This document shows, one piece after another, positions 38,252 through 46,978 of a stretch of 64,000 bases of DNA. The notes beneath the pieces were generated by a model that saw only the letters and a program-made list of their open reading frames with translations, ran no database searches and was not told the DNA's origin. Location: assembly GCA_021324355.1 (NCBI GenBank), contig JAJPJD010000021.1:35969-99968 (forward strand). Reading direction: 5' to 3'. Within the stretch, counting starts at the first letter, position 1. Each line of letters starts with the position of its first letter. Source of the DNA: Actinomycetota bacterium (GTDB lineage Bacteria; Actinomycetota; Acidimicrobiia; Acidimicrobiales; RAAP-2). The position numbers and the translations under genes are program-made.

Positions 38252-39394
38252 GTGGGGCGGCACTACCTCGACCACGCCTCGACCTCGCCGCTGCGGCCCG
38301 AGGCTCGCGACGCGATGGCCGCCGAACTGGCCGCCTTCGGAGGGGACCCCGGCCGGGTCTACGAGGAGGGTCGGGCGGTGCGAGCCCGGATCGAGGTCGC
38401 CCGCGACCAGGTGGCGGCGCTCCTCGGGGTCCGCCCCCGTCAGGTGGTCTTCACCTCGAGCGGGACCGAGGCGATCAACGCCGCGGTGTTCGGGGCGGCC
38501 CGGGCCAGGCCCGGAGGGGCCATCGCCCTCGCCTCGGTGGAGCACTCGGCGGTGCGGGAGGCGTCCGCGCGGGCCGGGCCGGTGATCGAGCTGCCGGTGG
38601 ACGGCGACGGCCGCATCGAGCACGGCGCGATCGACCGGCTGCTGGCCACACCGCCGGACGGCGGCCTGGCCCTGGTGCACTGCCAGTGGGCCAACCACGA
38701 GGTGGCCACCGTCCAGCCGGTCCACGAGGTGGTGGCGGCATGCCGGGAGGCCGGCGTCCCGGTCCACGTCGACGGGTGCGCCGCGGTCGGCCATGTCCCG
38801 GTGGACCTGGGCTCGGTGGGGGCCGACCTGGCGTCGGTGAGCGCCCACAAGCTGGGCGGCCCGCCGGGAGTGGGGGCGCTGGTGGTCGGGGCGGGCAGCC
38901 GCTTCGCCCCGCTGCTGGTCGGGGGCAGCCAAGAGCGGGCCCGCCGCGCCGGGTTCGAGAACGCGCCGGCGATCGTGGGCTTCGGGGCGGTGGCCGAGGC
39001 CCTGTGCGAGGAGGGACGGCTCGAGCGGGAAGCCGACCAGGCGCGGCGCCACCTCGACCGGCTGCTCGAGGCCGCCCTCAGCGTCCCCGGTGTGCGGCTC
39101 CTCGGCGACCAGCGACCCGAGGGCCGCCTCCCCCACCTGGCTTGCCTGGGCATCGACGGGGTCGAGGGCGAGCCGGTCGTGATCGGGCTGGATCGAGCCG
39201 GCATCGCGGTCCACTCCGGCTCGGCCTGCTCGTCCGAGGCCCTCGAGCCCTCGCCCGTGCTGGCGGCCATGGGGGCCGACGCCGAACGCTCGGTCCGGGT
39301 CTCGGTCGGCTGGTCGACCGCCGACGAGGACGTGGCGGCCTTCGCCGCCGCCTTCGGCCCGGTGGTGGCCGGCCTGCGGGCCCTGGCCACCTGA
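38252..39394 (+). CDS. Cysteine desulfurase (NifS/IscS-type, class V aminotransferase)
   Basis: YLDHASTSP, SAHKLGGPPGVGAL (PLP Lys) and active-site loop HSGSACSS. GTG at 38252, just after the regulator stop. Confidence 0.88.
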   Translation: MGRHYLDHASTSPLRPEARDAMAAELAAFGGDPGRVYEEGRAVRARIEVARDQVAALLGVRPRQVVFTSSGTEAINAAVFGAARARPGGAIALASVEHSAVREASARAGPVIELPVDGDGRIEHGAIDRLLATPPDGGLALVHCQWANHEVATVQPVHEVVAACREAGVPVHVDGCAAVGHVPVDLGSVGADLASVSAHKLGGPPGVGALVVGAGSRFAPLLVGGSQERARRAGFENAPAIVGFGAVAEALCEEGRLEREADQARRHLDRLLEAALSVPGVRLLGDQRPEGRLPHLACLGIDGVEGEPVVIGLDRAGIAVHSGSACSSEALEPSPVLAAMGADAERSVRVSVGWSTADEDVAAFAAAFGPVVAGLRALAT

Positions 39395-39437
39395 CCACCT
39401 TCTAGCCTTGCTGGGGTCGCCCCACCGAGGAGGGCCG

Positions 39438-40079
39438 GTGCCATCGCTCGAGAACGACTACGACACCGATCCGGGCCGCTGGCGCGCCTGGCGCCCACCC
39501 GTGGACGTCCACCAGCAGATCGCCCCGGAACTGCGCGGTCCAGTCCTCGACGGCGGGTGCGGCGAGGGCCGGCTGGCCTCGGCCCTGCCCGATGGCGTGG
39601 CCTGGGTCGGCTGCGACCGCTCGGCAGCCCAGCTGGCTGCCAACCCGTACGGCCCCGTGGTGCGGGCGGATTTGGCTGCGCTGCCCTTCGCCCAGGGGTG
39701 CGTCGCCGAGGTGACCCAGCTGTGGTGCCTCTACCACCTGGAGGATCCGGAGTCGGCGGTCGCCGAGGCCTGGCGGGTGCTGCGGCCCGGGGGCCGCTAC
39801 TACGCCTGCTGCGCCGCTCGGACCAGCGACCCCGAGTTGGTGCCCGAGGGCTACCCGCCCACCACCTTCGACGCCGAGGAGGCGGCCGAGATCGTGGGTC
39901 GGGTGTTCGCCCGCCTCGAGGTCGAGCGCTGGGACCGCCCCTTCTTCCCGCTGCGCAGCACCGAGGAGGTCCGCTCCTACTGCCGCCAGCACCGCCTCGA
40001 CCCGAAGCGGGCCGAGGGGGTCCGGCTGCCCCTGTGGCTGACCAAGCGCGGCGTGCTGGTGCGGGCGGTGAAGGACTGA
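39438..40079 (+). CDS. Class I SAM-dependent methyltransferase
   Basis: Motif I VLDGGCGEGRLA and post-I LRPGGRYY. GTG at 39438 follows GAGGAGGG; the track start is a TTG at 39408. Confidence 0.75.
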   Translation: MPSLENDYDTDPGRWRAWRPPVDVHQQIAPELRGPVLDGGCGEGRLASALPDGVAWVGCDRSAAQLAANPYGPVVRADLAALPFAQGCVAEVTQLWCLYHLEDPESAVAEAWRVLRPGGRYYACCAARTSDPELVPEGYPPTTFDAEEAAEIVGRVFARLEVERWDRPFFPLRSTEEVRSYCRQHRLDPKRAEGVRLPLWLTKRGVLVRAVKD

Positions 40080-40086
40080 CCGAGGG

Positions 40087-40908
40087 TCAGCTGGCCGGGA
40101 CCCCGGATGGGATCGGCACGCCGGCCTCCGAGAAGGCCTGGTCGATGAGGTGGGCCGCCGAGGCGACCAGGCGGGCCGGCGGATGGGCGGCCAAAAAGGC
40201 CCGGTACTGGCGGACCGCCCCGGCCGGGTCGTGGTCCTGCTCCAACAGCATGGTCCCGTAGAAGAGGTGGGCGGCGGCGAGCCGGGGGTCGAGGGCGACC
40301 GCCCGCTGGACCAGGTCCCGGCCCTGGCGCTCCTGGGCCCGGTTGGCGGCCGAGAAGCCGGCCTCCCACTCGAGGTAGCCGGTCTCGGCCAGCGCCTGGG
40401 GCTGGTCGGGGTCGGCCCGCAGCACCTGGCGGTAGAGGGCGAGCGCCTGGGCCAAGGAGGCGCCGGTGCCCTGGTCGACCAGGGCCGCGGCCTGGTCGAG
40501 CTCGGCCGGGATGTCCGACGGGGTGCTGCCGGTGGCGGGCTGGTCGGGGAGGCGGGGCGTCACCACCGAGACCAGCACGACGGTGGCCCCGGCGCACAAC
40601 GCGGCGACGCCGAGGGCGAGCCGCCACCGAGGCCGGCGGCGGCGGGCTCGAGCCGCCGGCGGAGGCTCGGCCGAAGGGGCCGTCTCGGCCGCGGCCCGGT
40701 CCAGATCGGCCAGCTGCTCGGTGACCGCGGCCAGCCGGGCCCGGTCCCGGGCACCGAGCGCCCGGTAGTCCTGCTCGTCGAGGTCCCCGGCTGCCAGCTC
40801 GGCGTCGAGGTCAGCCAGCGAGCGCAGCAGGAACTCCCGCTGGTCCTCGAGGTGCCAGCGGCGATCCCCTCGAGGCCCCTCGGCGGTGCGAGCCCGGCGG
40901 CGGCTCAT
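40087..40908 (-). CDS. ccmI: CcmI-like TPR protein (single TM, cytoplasmic N-terminal region)
   Basis: TM LALGVAALCAGATVVLVSVV followed by TPR-like repeats. The ATGA overlap with ccmH places it in the operon. Confidence 0.6.
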   Translation of the reverse strand: MSRRRARTAEGPRGDRRWHLEDQREFLLRSLADLDAELAAGDLDEQDYRALGARDRARLAAVTEQLADLDRAAAETAPSAEPPPAARARRRRPRWRLALGVAALCAGATVVLVSVVTPRLPDQPATGSTPSDIPAELDQAAALVDQGTGASLAQALALYRQVLRADPDQPQALAETGYLEWEAGFSAANRAQERQGRDLVQRAVALDPRLAAAHLFYGTMLLEQDHDPAGAVRQYRAFLAAHPPARLVASAAHLIDQAFSEAGVPIPSGVPAS

Positions 40909-41339
40909 GGCGACGCCCGGAGCCGGCCCAGCGCTCGGGCCCGGCGCCAGTACAAGACGCCCAGGGCAACGATGGCCCCGGCCAGGCCGACGGCCGGGAC
41001 CACCCAGACCAGCGCGTCGAGGCCCGACGCCGGCGGGGCGAGGAGGATCGACGGGCCGTAGCGAGCGACGAAGCTGCGCTCGATCGCGCCGTCACTTGCC
41101 CCAGCGCGCACCATGGCCTGGATCTGCCGGCGAGCGGCGATCGCGCTCGGGGCGTCCGAGTCGGCCACCGAGATGTCCTCGCAGCTCGGGCACCGGATCC
41201 GACTTTCGACCGCCGCGGCGCGCTGGGCAACGGTGGCCGGGCCGCGCCCCGCCCCCACGGCCAGCGCCACCGCGGCCACCACCACCACGGCGACTGCCGA
41301 GACCGGGCCCAGCAGCCGGCGAACGCCGGAGCTAGGCAT
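40905..41339 (-). CDS. ccmH: Cytochrome c-type biogenesis protein CcmH
   Basis: Signal/TM, then the RCPSC redox motif, then a C-terminal TM. Confidence 0.82.
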   Translation of the reverse strand: MPSSGVRRLLGPVSAVAVVVVAAVALAVGAGRGPATVAQRAAAVESRIRCPSCEDISVADSDAPSAIAARRQIQAMVRAGASDGAIERSFVARYGPSILLAPPASGLDALVWVVPAVGLAGAIVALGVLYWRRARALGRLRASP

Positions 41340-41907
41340 GGCTGGCCATGGCGACCGTGGCCTCGAGCTGGCGGTAGGTCATGGGACCGGAGAACGCGGC
41401 CACCACCGTCCCGGAGCGGTCCACGAAGAACGTCATCGGGGGCGAGCCCACTCCGAACTCCCCGGCGAAGCGGCCCGAGTGGTCGGGCACCACCGGCCAG
41501 GTGACCCCCCATTGCGCGACGAACCGGCGGGCACCGGCCGTCGAGTCGTCGATGTCGACCGAGACCAGCCGGACCGGGAGCCGCTGCCGGGACACCTCGA
41601 ACGCCAGGCGGGCGAGGTTGGGTTCCTCGGCCGCGCACGGGGGGCACCAGCTGGCGAAGAAGTTGACCACCACCACCTGGCCCCGGTCGGCAGCCAGCGA
41701 CACGCCCTGGCCGCCGAAGCTCCGGGCCGACAGGGCCGGGGCCGGCCGGCCGACCAGCGGGCTGGCCACCGAGGACGCCTGGGCGGAGGGCCGGGTCGCG
41801 GCCACCAGCGCCAGGGCCACCAGCGCCGCCGCGACCAGGCCGGCCGCCCAGCGGGCGGCGTGACGCCGGCGGGGCGTCGCCGTCGTGCCGGGAGGGACCG
41901 CAGTCAC
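41332..41907 (-). CDS. ccmG: Thiol:disulfide oxidoreductase CcmG/TlpA-like
   Basis: N-terminal TM and FFASWCPPCAAEEP. The GTG at 41907 overlaps the ccmF stop (GTGA). Confidence 0.82.
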   Translation of the reverse strand: MTAVPPGTTATPRRRHAARWAAGLVAAALVALALVAATRPSAQASSVASPLVGRPAPALSARSFGGQGVSLAADRGQVVVVNFFASWCPPCAAEEPNLARLAFEVSRQRLPVRLVSVDIDDSTAGARRFVAQWGVTWPVVPDHSGRFAGEFGVGSPPMTFFVDRSGTVVAAFSGPMTYRQLEATVAMASHA

Positions 41908-43985
41908 CGGGGACCCCCGGCCCCGACCGGCTCGGGGAGCTCGCCGTCGACCGGCGCTGGCGCGGCACTCCCCCGGCGGAGCCCGGCGAGAGCGGAGGCC
42001 GGCTCGGTCGGCCGGCGGCGGCGGCCCGGGACCAGTGCCAGCAGCCCCCCGAACCCCACCACCAGGCCGCCCCCCCACAGCCAGGCCACCAGCGGCTCGA
42101 TCACCACGCCGATGGCCACCGAGCCCCTGGGCAGCCCCGGGAACGGCTCGGCCGCGGTCGCCGGTCCGGTCCCGCCCAGCTCGGTCACGGTCAGGTACAC
42201 ATCGCCGGTCAGCCCCGAGTCGATCGCCGGTGTGCCGACCACCTCGGAGTTGGTCCCGGCGAACTGGCTCACGGCTGGGCGGAAGACCCCGCCGCCGTCC
42301 ACCTTGACCAAGGCCTCGGTCGCGGTCTTGGCCGGGGTCCGCACGGTCCGAAGCCCCTCGAAGACGAAGGTGTGTCCGTCAAAGGTGGCCGGCTTCCCGA
42401 GGCGCAGGGCCAGCTCACCGCGGTGCGCGAACGACGTCGCGGCGGTGATCGCCACCGCCATGATCACGATGCCCAGGTGGACCACCATGCCCCCGTTGGT
42501 CCGTGCCACCAGGCCGCGCCCCCACCCGCGGCCCTGACGGATGCTGGCCAGCACCGAGAGCACGATGGAGCGGAGCGCCGAGGCGGCCGCGAACGCACCC
42601 AGCCCGAAGGCGGCCAGCGGCACCAGGCCCCGCACCCCGGCGGCGACGCAGGCGACGATGGTGAGCGCGCCGGCCCATGCCGAGGGGGCCAAGCGCCGCC
42701 ACAGCACCGCCGCGCTCACCGCACGCCACGACAGCACCGGCGCCAGGGCCATGAGGACGAGGAGGGCCAGGCCGACCGGCACCGCCACCGTGTCGAAGTA
42801 CGGGGCGCCCACGCTGACCGCCTGGTTCTTGAGGGCCTGGTAGAGGAGGGGGAACACCGTCCCCAGCAGCACGACGAACGCGAACCCCACGAGCAAAAGG
42901 TTGTTGAGGAGGAACGCGCCCTCCCGGCCGAGCGGGGCGTCGATCCCCCCGGGCGAGCGGATGCGGTCGCCCCGCCAGGCGATCAGGCCGAAGCCGACCA
43001 CCACGACCGCCAGGAAGAACCCGATGAGCACCGGGCCCAGGGTCGAGTCGCTGAACGCGTGGACCGACTCGATCACTCCCGAGCGGGTGAGGAAGGTGCC
43101 CAGGATGGTGAGGGAGAAGGTGGCCACCGACAGGGACAGGTTCCACACCCGCAGCAGTCCTCGGCGCTCTTGGACCAGGACCGAGTGGAGGTAGGCGGTG
43201 CCGCACAGCCAGGGCAAGAGGGCCGCGTTCTCGACCGGATCCCATGCCCAGAACCCGCCCCAGCCGAGCACCTGGTAGGACCACCAGGCGCCGAGCACGA
43301 TCCCGACCGACAAGAAGGTCCACGCGACCAGGGTGAACCGCCGGGTCTCGGTCTGCCAGCGTTCCTGGACCCTCCCGGTGGCGAGCATGCCCACCGAGAA
43401 GGCGAAGGGCACGGTGAACCCCACGAAGCCGAGGTAGAGCATGGGGGGGTGGATGGCCACCAGCGGGTTGTCCTGAAGCAGCGCGTTGGGGCCGGCTCCT
43501 TGGGCCGGCGCCGCTCCGACCACGTGGGCGAAGGGGTTGGCCGGTCCGACCATGAGGCCGATGAAGAACGCGGCCACCCCGTTCATCACCAGCCTGGCCC
43601 AGACCACCACCGGGTCGGCGGCGTCCGAGCGGAACCGCCAAGCCACCGCGCCGACGAAGAGCGACAGCAGGAACCCCCACAAGAGGATCGACCCGGCCAG
43701 CGCCGACCACAGCCCGGTGATCGAGTACAAGAGCGGGGTGCCTCGGCTGTTGTTGTCGGCGACGAAGGCGATGCTGAAGTCATGGGTGACGAGCGCCCGT
43801 TCCATGGCCGCGACCGCGAGCACCATGCCGGCCATGAGGACCGGTGCGAGCAACCGGCCGTCGAGCCGGGGGTCGGCCGGCTGACCGCGGCGCTGCCGGG
43901 CCAGCGTCCAGCCCTCGACCGCCATCCCCACCACCGCGGCGGCGAAGGACAGCCAGATCCCGAGAACTCCGAGCGCCGCGTTCAC
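41904..43985 (-). CDS. ccmF: Cytochrome c heme lyase subunit CcmF
   Basis: 693-aa polytopic protein with WWD motif GGFWAWDPVENAALLPWL. Confidence 0.9.
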   Translation of the reverse strand: MNAALGVLGIWLSFAAAVVGMAVEGWTLARQRRGQPADPRLDGRLLAPVLMAGMVLAVAAMERALVTHDFSIAFVADNNSRGTPLLYSITGLWSALAGSILLWGFLLSLFVGAVAWRFRSDAADPVVVWARLVMNGVAAFFIGLMVGPANPFAHVVGAAPAQGAGPNALLQDNPLVAIHPPMLYLGFVGFTVPFAFSVGMLATGRVQERWQTETRRFTLVAWTFLSVGIVLGAWWSYQVLGWGGFWAWDPVENAALLPWLCGTAYLHSVLVQERRGLLRVWNLSLSVATFSLTILGTFLTRSGVIESVHAFSDSTLGPVLIGFFLAVVVVGFGLIAWRGDRIRSPGGIDAPLGREGAFLLNNLLLVGFAFVVLLGTVFPLLYQALKNQAVSVGAPYFDTVAVPVGLALLVLMALAPVLSWRAVSAAVLWRRLAPSAWAGALTIVACVAAGVRGLVPLAAFGLGAFAAASALRSIVLSVLASIRQGRGWGRGLVARTNGGMVVHLGIVIMAVAITAATSFAHRGELALRLGKPATFDGHTFVFEGLRTVRTPAKTATEALVKVDGGGVFRPAVSQFAGTNSEVVGTPAIDSGLTGDVYLTVTELGGTGPATAAEPFPGLPRGSVAIGVVIEPLVAWLWGGGLVVGFGGLLALVPGRRRRPTEPASALAGLRRGSAAPAPVDGELPEPVGAGGPR

Positions 43986-43998
43986 CGTGCCCGTGGGA

Positions 43999-44466
43999 TC
44001 AACGGACGGTGCCGTTCGGTGCCCGGACCCGGTTGGGGTGGGCGGCGATGTAGTCGGCCGAGTGCTTCACCATGATCTGGTTGGAGACGAACAACCGGGA
44101 CCCGGCGGCGAAGTGCCCGACCACCACCACTGGGATGTTGGCCTGGAACAGCTGAGGAGGGGACCCGGTGTTCTCCACCGGCACCCGCTCGGGCCCCTGC
44201 GCGATCGTGAAGTCGGTCCCCCTCGGCGTCGGCCGGATGCTGCCCGGGACCACCACGCCCTCCAGCCGAAAGGTCGAGGTGCCGAGGGCCGCCCGGTGCG
44301 CCAACGCCTGGTCCACCGTGTCGAAGTAGTCGAGCGAGCTCCCGAGCCCCTCGACCAGCAGGAACACCAGCGCCCCAACCAGGACCGCGGCCACCAGCCA
44401 CAGGCGGCGGCGGGTGCGGCGCCGGGCGTCCACCGGTGCCGGGCGGGGCGGCGCCGCCACGCTCAT
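43999..44466 (-). CDS. ccmE: Heme chaperone CcmE
   Basis: N-terminal TM, OB-fold region, and heme-binding HxxxY in MVKHSADYIA. Confidence 0.88.
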   Translation of the reverse strand: MSVAAPPRPAPVDARRRTRRRLWLVAAVLVGALVFLLVEGLGSSLDYFDTVDQALAHRAALGTSTFRLEGVVVPGSIRPTPRGTDFTIAQGPERVPVENTGSPPQLFQANIPVVVVGHFAAGSRLFVSNQIMVKHSADYIAAHPNRVRAPNGTVR

Positions 44467-44621
44467 CGGCTCGCTCCGTCGCCGCGGGGGTCCGAGTCAT
44501 GGGATGGAGCCCGCCGGACCTCGACCCGCCGGGCCAGGGACCGACGTCGCACGACCAGCCCGAGGGCGTACGCGGCGAGGACCGACAGCCCGACCGCGTA
44601 GCCGGCGTCGACGTAGCTCAC
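44463..44621 (-). CDS. ccmD: Putative heme exporter protein CcmD
   Basis: 52 aa with a GTG start. Single TM YAVGLSVLAAYALGLVV followed by RRR. ATGA overlap with ccmE. Assignment rests mainly on position. Confidence 0.5.
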   Translation of the reverse strand: MSYVDAGYAVGLSVLAAYALGLVVRRRSLARRVEVRRAPSHDSDPRGDGASR

Positions 44622-44739
44622 CGTGGCACCAGCCGTCGGGGGTCGGCCGCTGGACCAGAGCCACGACGGCGGTGATCCCGAACGGGCCGATCGATCAGGC
44701 TCGGCACCTGAACGAACACCCGGAGTCCGAGCGCAGTGG

Positions 44740-45552
44740 TCATCGCTCCACCCGAGCGGCCGGCGCCGCCCCGGCTCCTTCGGTGTCGGCGGCCTGCGAC
44801 CCCACCGGCGCTGCCGCCTCGGCCCAGCGCTCCTCCAAGGACACCTCGAGATCGAGGGCGCCGGTGCGGTCGGCGAGCACCTCGATGCGGTAGCGGACCG
44901 CAACCATCCAGACGAACACCAAGGTCAAAGCAACGAAGCCGAGGAGCAAGGTCCAAGCCATCGAGCCGTGGATGGTGGGCGACAGGTTGGCGTTGAGCAC
45001 GGTCGCCCCCTGGTGGAGCGTCTGCCACCAGATCACCGAGAAGTGGACGATGGGCACGTCGACGAACGCGACCAGCGCGGCCACCGCGCACCGCTTGGCC
45101 CGGACCTCAGGAGTGGCCGGCACCCGCCGCAGCGCCAGGTATCCGAGGAACAGCACCAACAGCAGCGCGGTCGAGGTCAGCCGGGCATCCCAGGTCCACC
45201 ACACCCCCCAGGTCGGCCGGCCCCACAGCATCCCGGTGGCCAGGGTCAGCGCGTTGAACACCACCCCGACCTCGACCGACGCCGCGGCCAGCCGGTCCCA
45301 GAACAGCGAGCGGGTCCGGCGCCACAGGTACAGCAGGCTGCTCAGCGCCGCCAGCCCAAACGCCAGGTAGAGGGCGACCCATGCGATCGGCGGGTGCAGG
45401 TACACCAGGCGGACCAGGTTGCCCTGGACCTTGTCGGGCGGGGTCACCCACAAACCCAGCCACACCGTGAGCGCGCTCAGCACCGCCCCGAGGGCACCGG
45501 TCGCCCGGATCCAGCGGGGCAGCCGCTCGGGCGTGCTCGATCGGGCGTTCAT
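44740..45552 (-). CDS. ccmC: Heme exporter protein CcmC
   Basis: W-rich motif WGRPTWGVWWTWDARL. The ATG at 45552 overlaps the ccmB stop (ATGA). Confidence 0.9.
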   Translation of the reverse strand: MNARSSTPERLPRWIRATGALGAVLSALTVWLGLWVTPPDKVQGNLVRLVYLHPPIAWVALYLAFGLAALSSLLYLWRRTRSLFWDRLAAASVEVGVVFNALTLATGMLWGRPTWGVWWTWDARLTSTALLLVLFLGYLALRRVPATPEVRAKRCAVAALVAFVDVPIVHFSVIWWQTLHQGATVLNANLSPTIHGSMAWTLLLGFVALTLVFVWMVAVRYRIEVLADRTGALDLEVSLEERWAEAAAPVGSQAADTEGAGAAPAARVER

Positions 45553-46217
45553 CCGGCCTCCAGCAGCGGGCCGTAGAGGACCACCCCCACCACCAGGTAG
45601 ACCGCGGCAAACGGACCCAAGACCCGCAGCCACGAAACCCCAGCCGCGGGCGAGCCGGCCAGCGCCGCCGCCCAGGCCCGGGAGGCCGCGAGCAGCACCG
45701 GGGCCAGGATCGGCAGGACCAGCAGGGGCAGCAGGGTCTCGCGGACCCGCAGTCCGGCCGACAGGGCGCCGTACAGGGTGCCGGCCACCGCCAGGCCGCA
45801 CGTGGCCAGGAGCGAGGCCACCAAGGCCAGCCACCCGACCCGCAGGTGCACCCCGAACAGCAGAGTCATCGCCGCCCACAAGACGACCTGGAGCACCGCC
45901 AGCTCGACAGCCACCGCCGCCGCCTTGCCAAGGAACACCCCCGCCGGGTCGATGCCCGACGATCGCAGGCCGTCTCGGGTCCCCTCGCCCGACTCGATGG
46001 CCACGCTGCGCTGGGTCGCGAGCACCGTCGAGAACAAGACGGCGAGCCAGAACAGCCCCGGAGCGGCCCCGGCCAGTGCCCTGCGGCCGGGGCCAAGGGC
46101 AAACCCATAGAGGACCAGTGACAGGACGGCCACCGGCACCACCTGCCACAGGGCCACTCTTGAGCGCAGCTCGATACGGAGGTCCTTGCCCGCCACCAGC
46201 ACCGCGTCACGCCACAT
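45549..46217 (-). CDS. ccmB: Heme exporter protein CcmB
   Basis: 222-aa, 6-TM protein between ccmA and ccmC. It overlaps both neighbours. Confidence 0.82.
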   Translation of the reverse strand: MWRDAVLVAGKDLRIELRSRVALWQVVPVAVLSLVLYGFALGPGRRALAGAAPGLFWLAVLFSTVLATQRSVAIESGEGTRDGLRSSGIDPAGVFLGKAAAVAVELAVLQVVLWAAMTLLFGVHLRVGWLALVASLLATCGLAVAGTLYGALSAGLRVRETLLPLLVLPILAPVLLAASRAWAAALAGSPAAGVSWLRVLGPFAAVYLVVGVVLYGPLLEAG

Positions 46218-46923
46218 GGCTGCCTCCCTCCCCCACCGCGGCCAACGGGGCCCGTCGGCCCCCCGGGCGCAGGTCGAGGACCCGGCCGCCGGCCATCACC
46301 GCCTGGCGGTCCGAGCTGGCCAAGGCCACCGCAGGCTCGTGGGAGGAGAACACGACCGCTGCGCCCCCTCGGGCCGCCTCCTCCACCAGCTCCGAGACGA
46401 GGGACCGAGCCGCCGGGTCCAGCGCAGCGTGGGGCTCGTCGAGGAGCCACAGCTCCGGTGACCGAGCCACCAGCACCGCCAACGCCACCCGGCGCCGCTG
46501 GCCGGCCGAGAGCCCTCCGACCGGGGTGGCGGCCAGGCGGCCGGTGATCCCGACCCGTTCGAGAGCAGCCGGGCCCAGCTCGGCCGGGACCCTGGCGGAC
46601 CGCAGCGCGAACCGGACGTTCTCCCAGGCGGTCAGGTCGTCGTAGAGGCTGGGCGCGTGACCGAGCAGGCCCACCCGGCGGCGGACGGCCGCCGGGTCCT
46701 GGCACAGGTCGATCCCCAGCACCACCGCCTCGCCCGAGCTGGCCGGCACCAGTCCGGCCAGCAGCCGCAGGAGCGTGGTCTTGCCGGCACCGTTGGCACC
46801 GACCACCGAGACGACCTCGCCGCGCTGGACGGTGAGGTCGGCTCCCGAGAGGGCGGGGAAACGGCCGGTGAGCGCCACCGCGCCCCGGAGGCGTACGACG
46901 AGGTCCATGGGGATTGGCGCCAT
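46207..46923 (-). CDS. ccmA: Heme ABC exporter ATP-binding protein CcmA
   Basis: Walker A GANGAGKTTLL, signature LSAGQRRR and Walker B LWLLDEP. Confidence 0.88.
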   Translation of the reverse strand: MAPIPMDLVVRLRGAVALTGRFPALSGADLTVQRGEVVSVVGANGAGKTTLLRLLAGLVPASSGEAVVLGIDLCQDPAAVRRRVGLLGHAPSLYDDLTAWENVRFALRSARVPAELGPAALERVGITGRLAATPVGGLSAGQRRRVALAVLVARSPELWLLDEPHAALDPAARSLVSELVEEAARGGAAVVFSSHEPAVALASSDRQAVMAGGRVLDLRPGGRRAPLAAVGEGGSHVA

Positions 46924-46978
46924 GCTACGAGTCGACCGGGGCCCACGGCCAAGCGCGGCCGAGGGATTTCGGGTCGGA

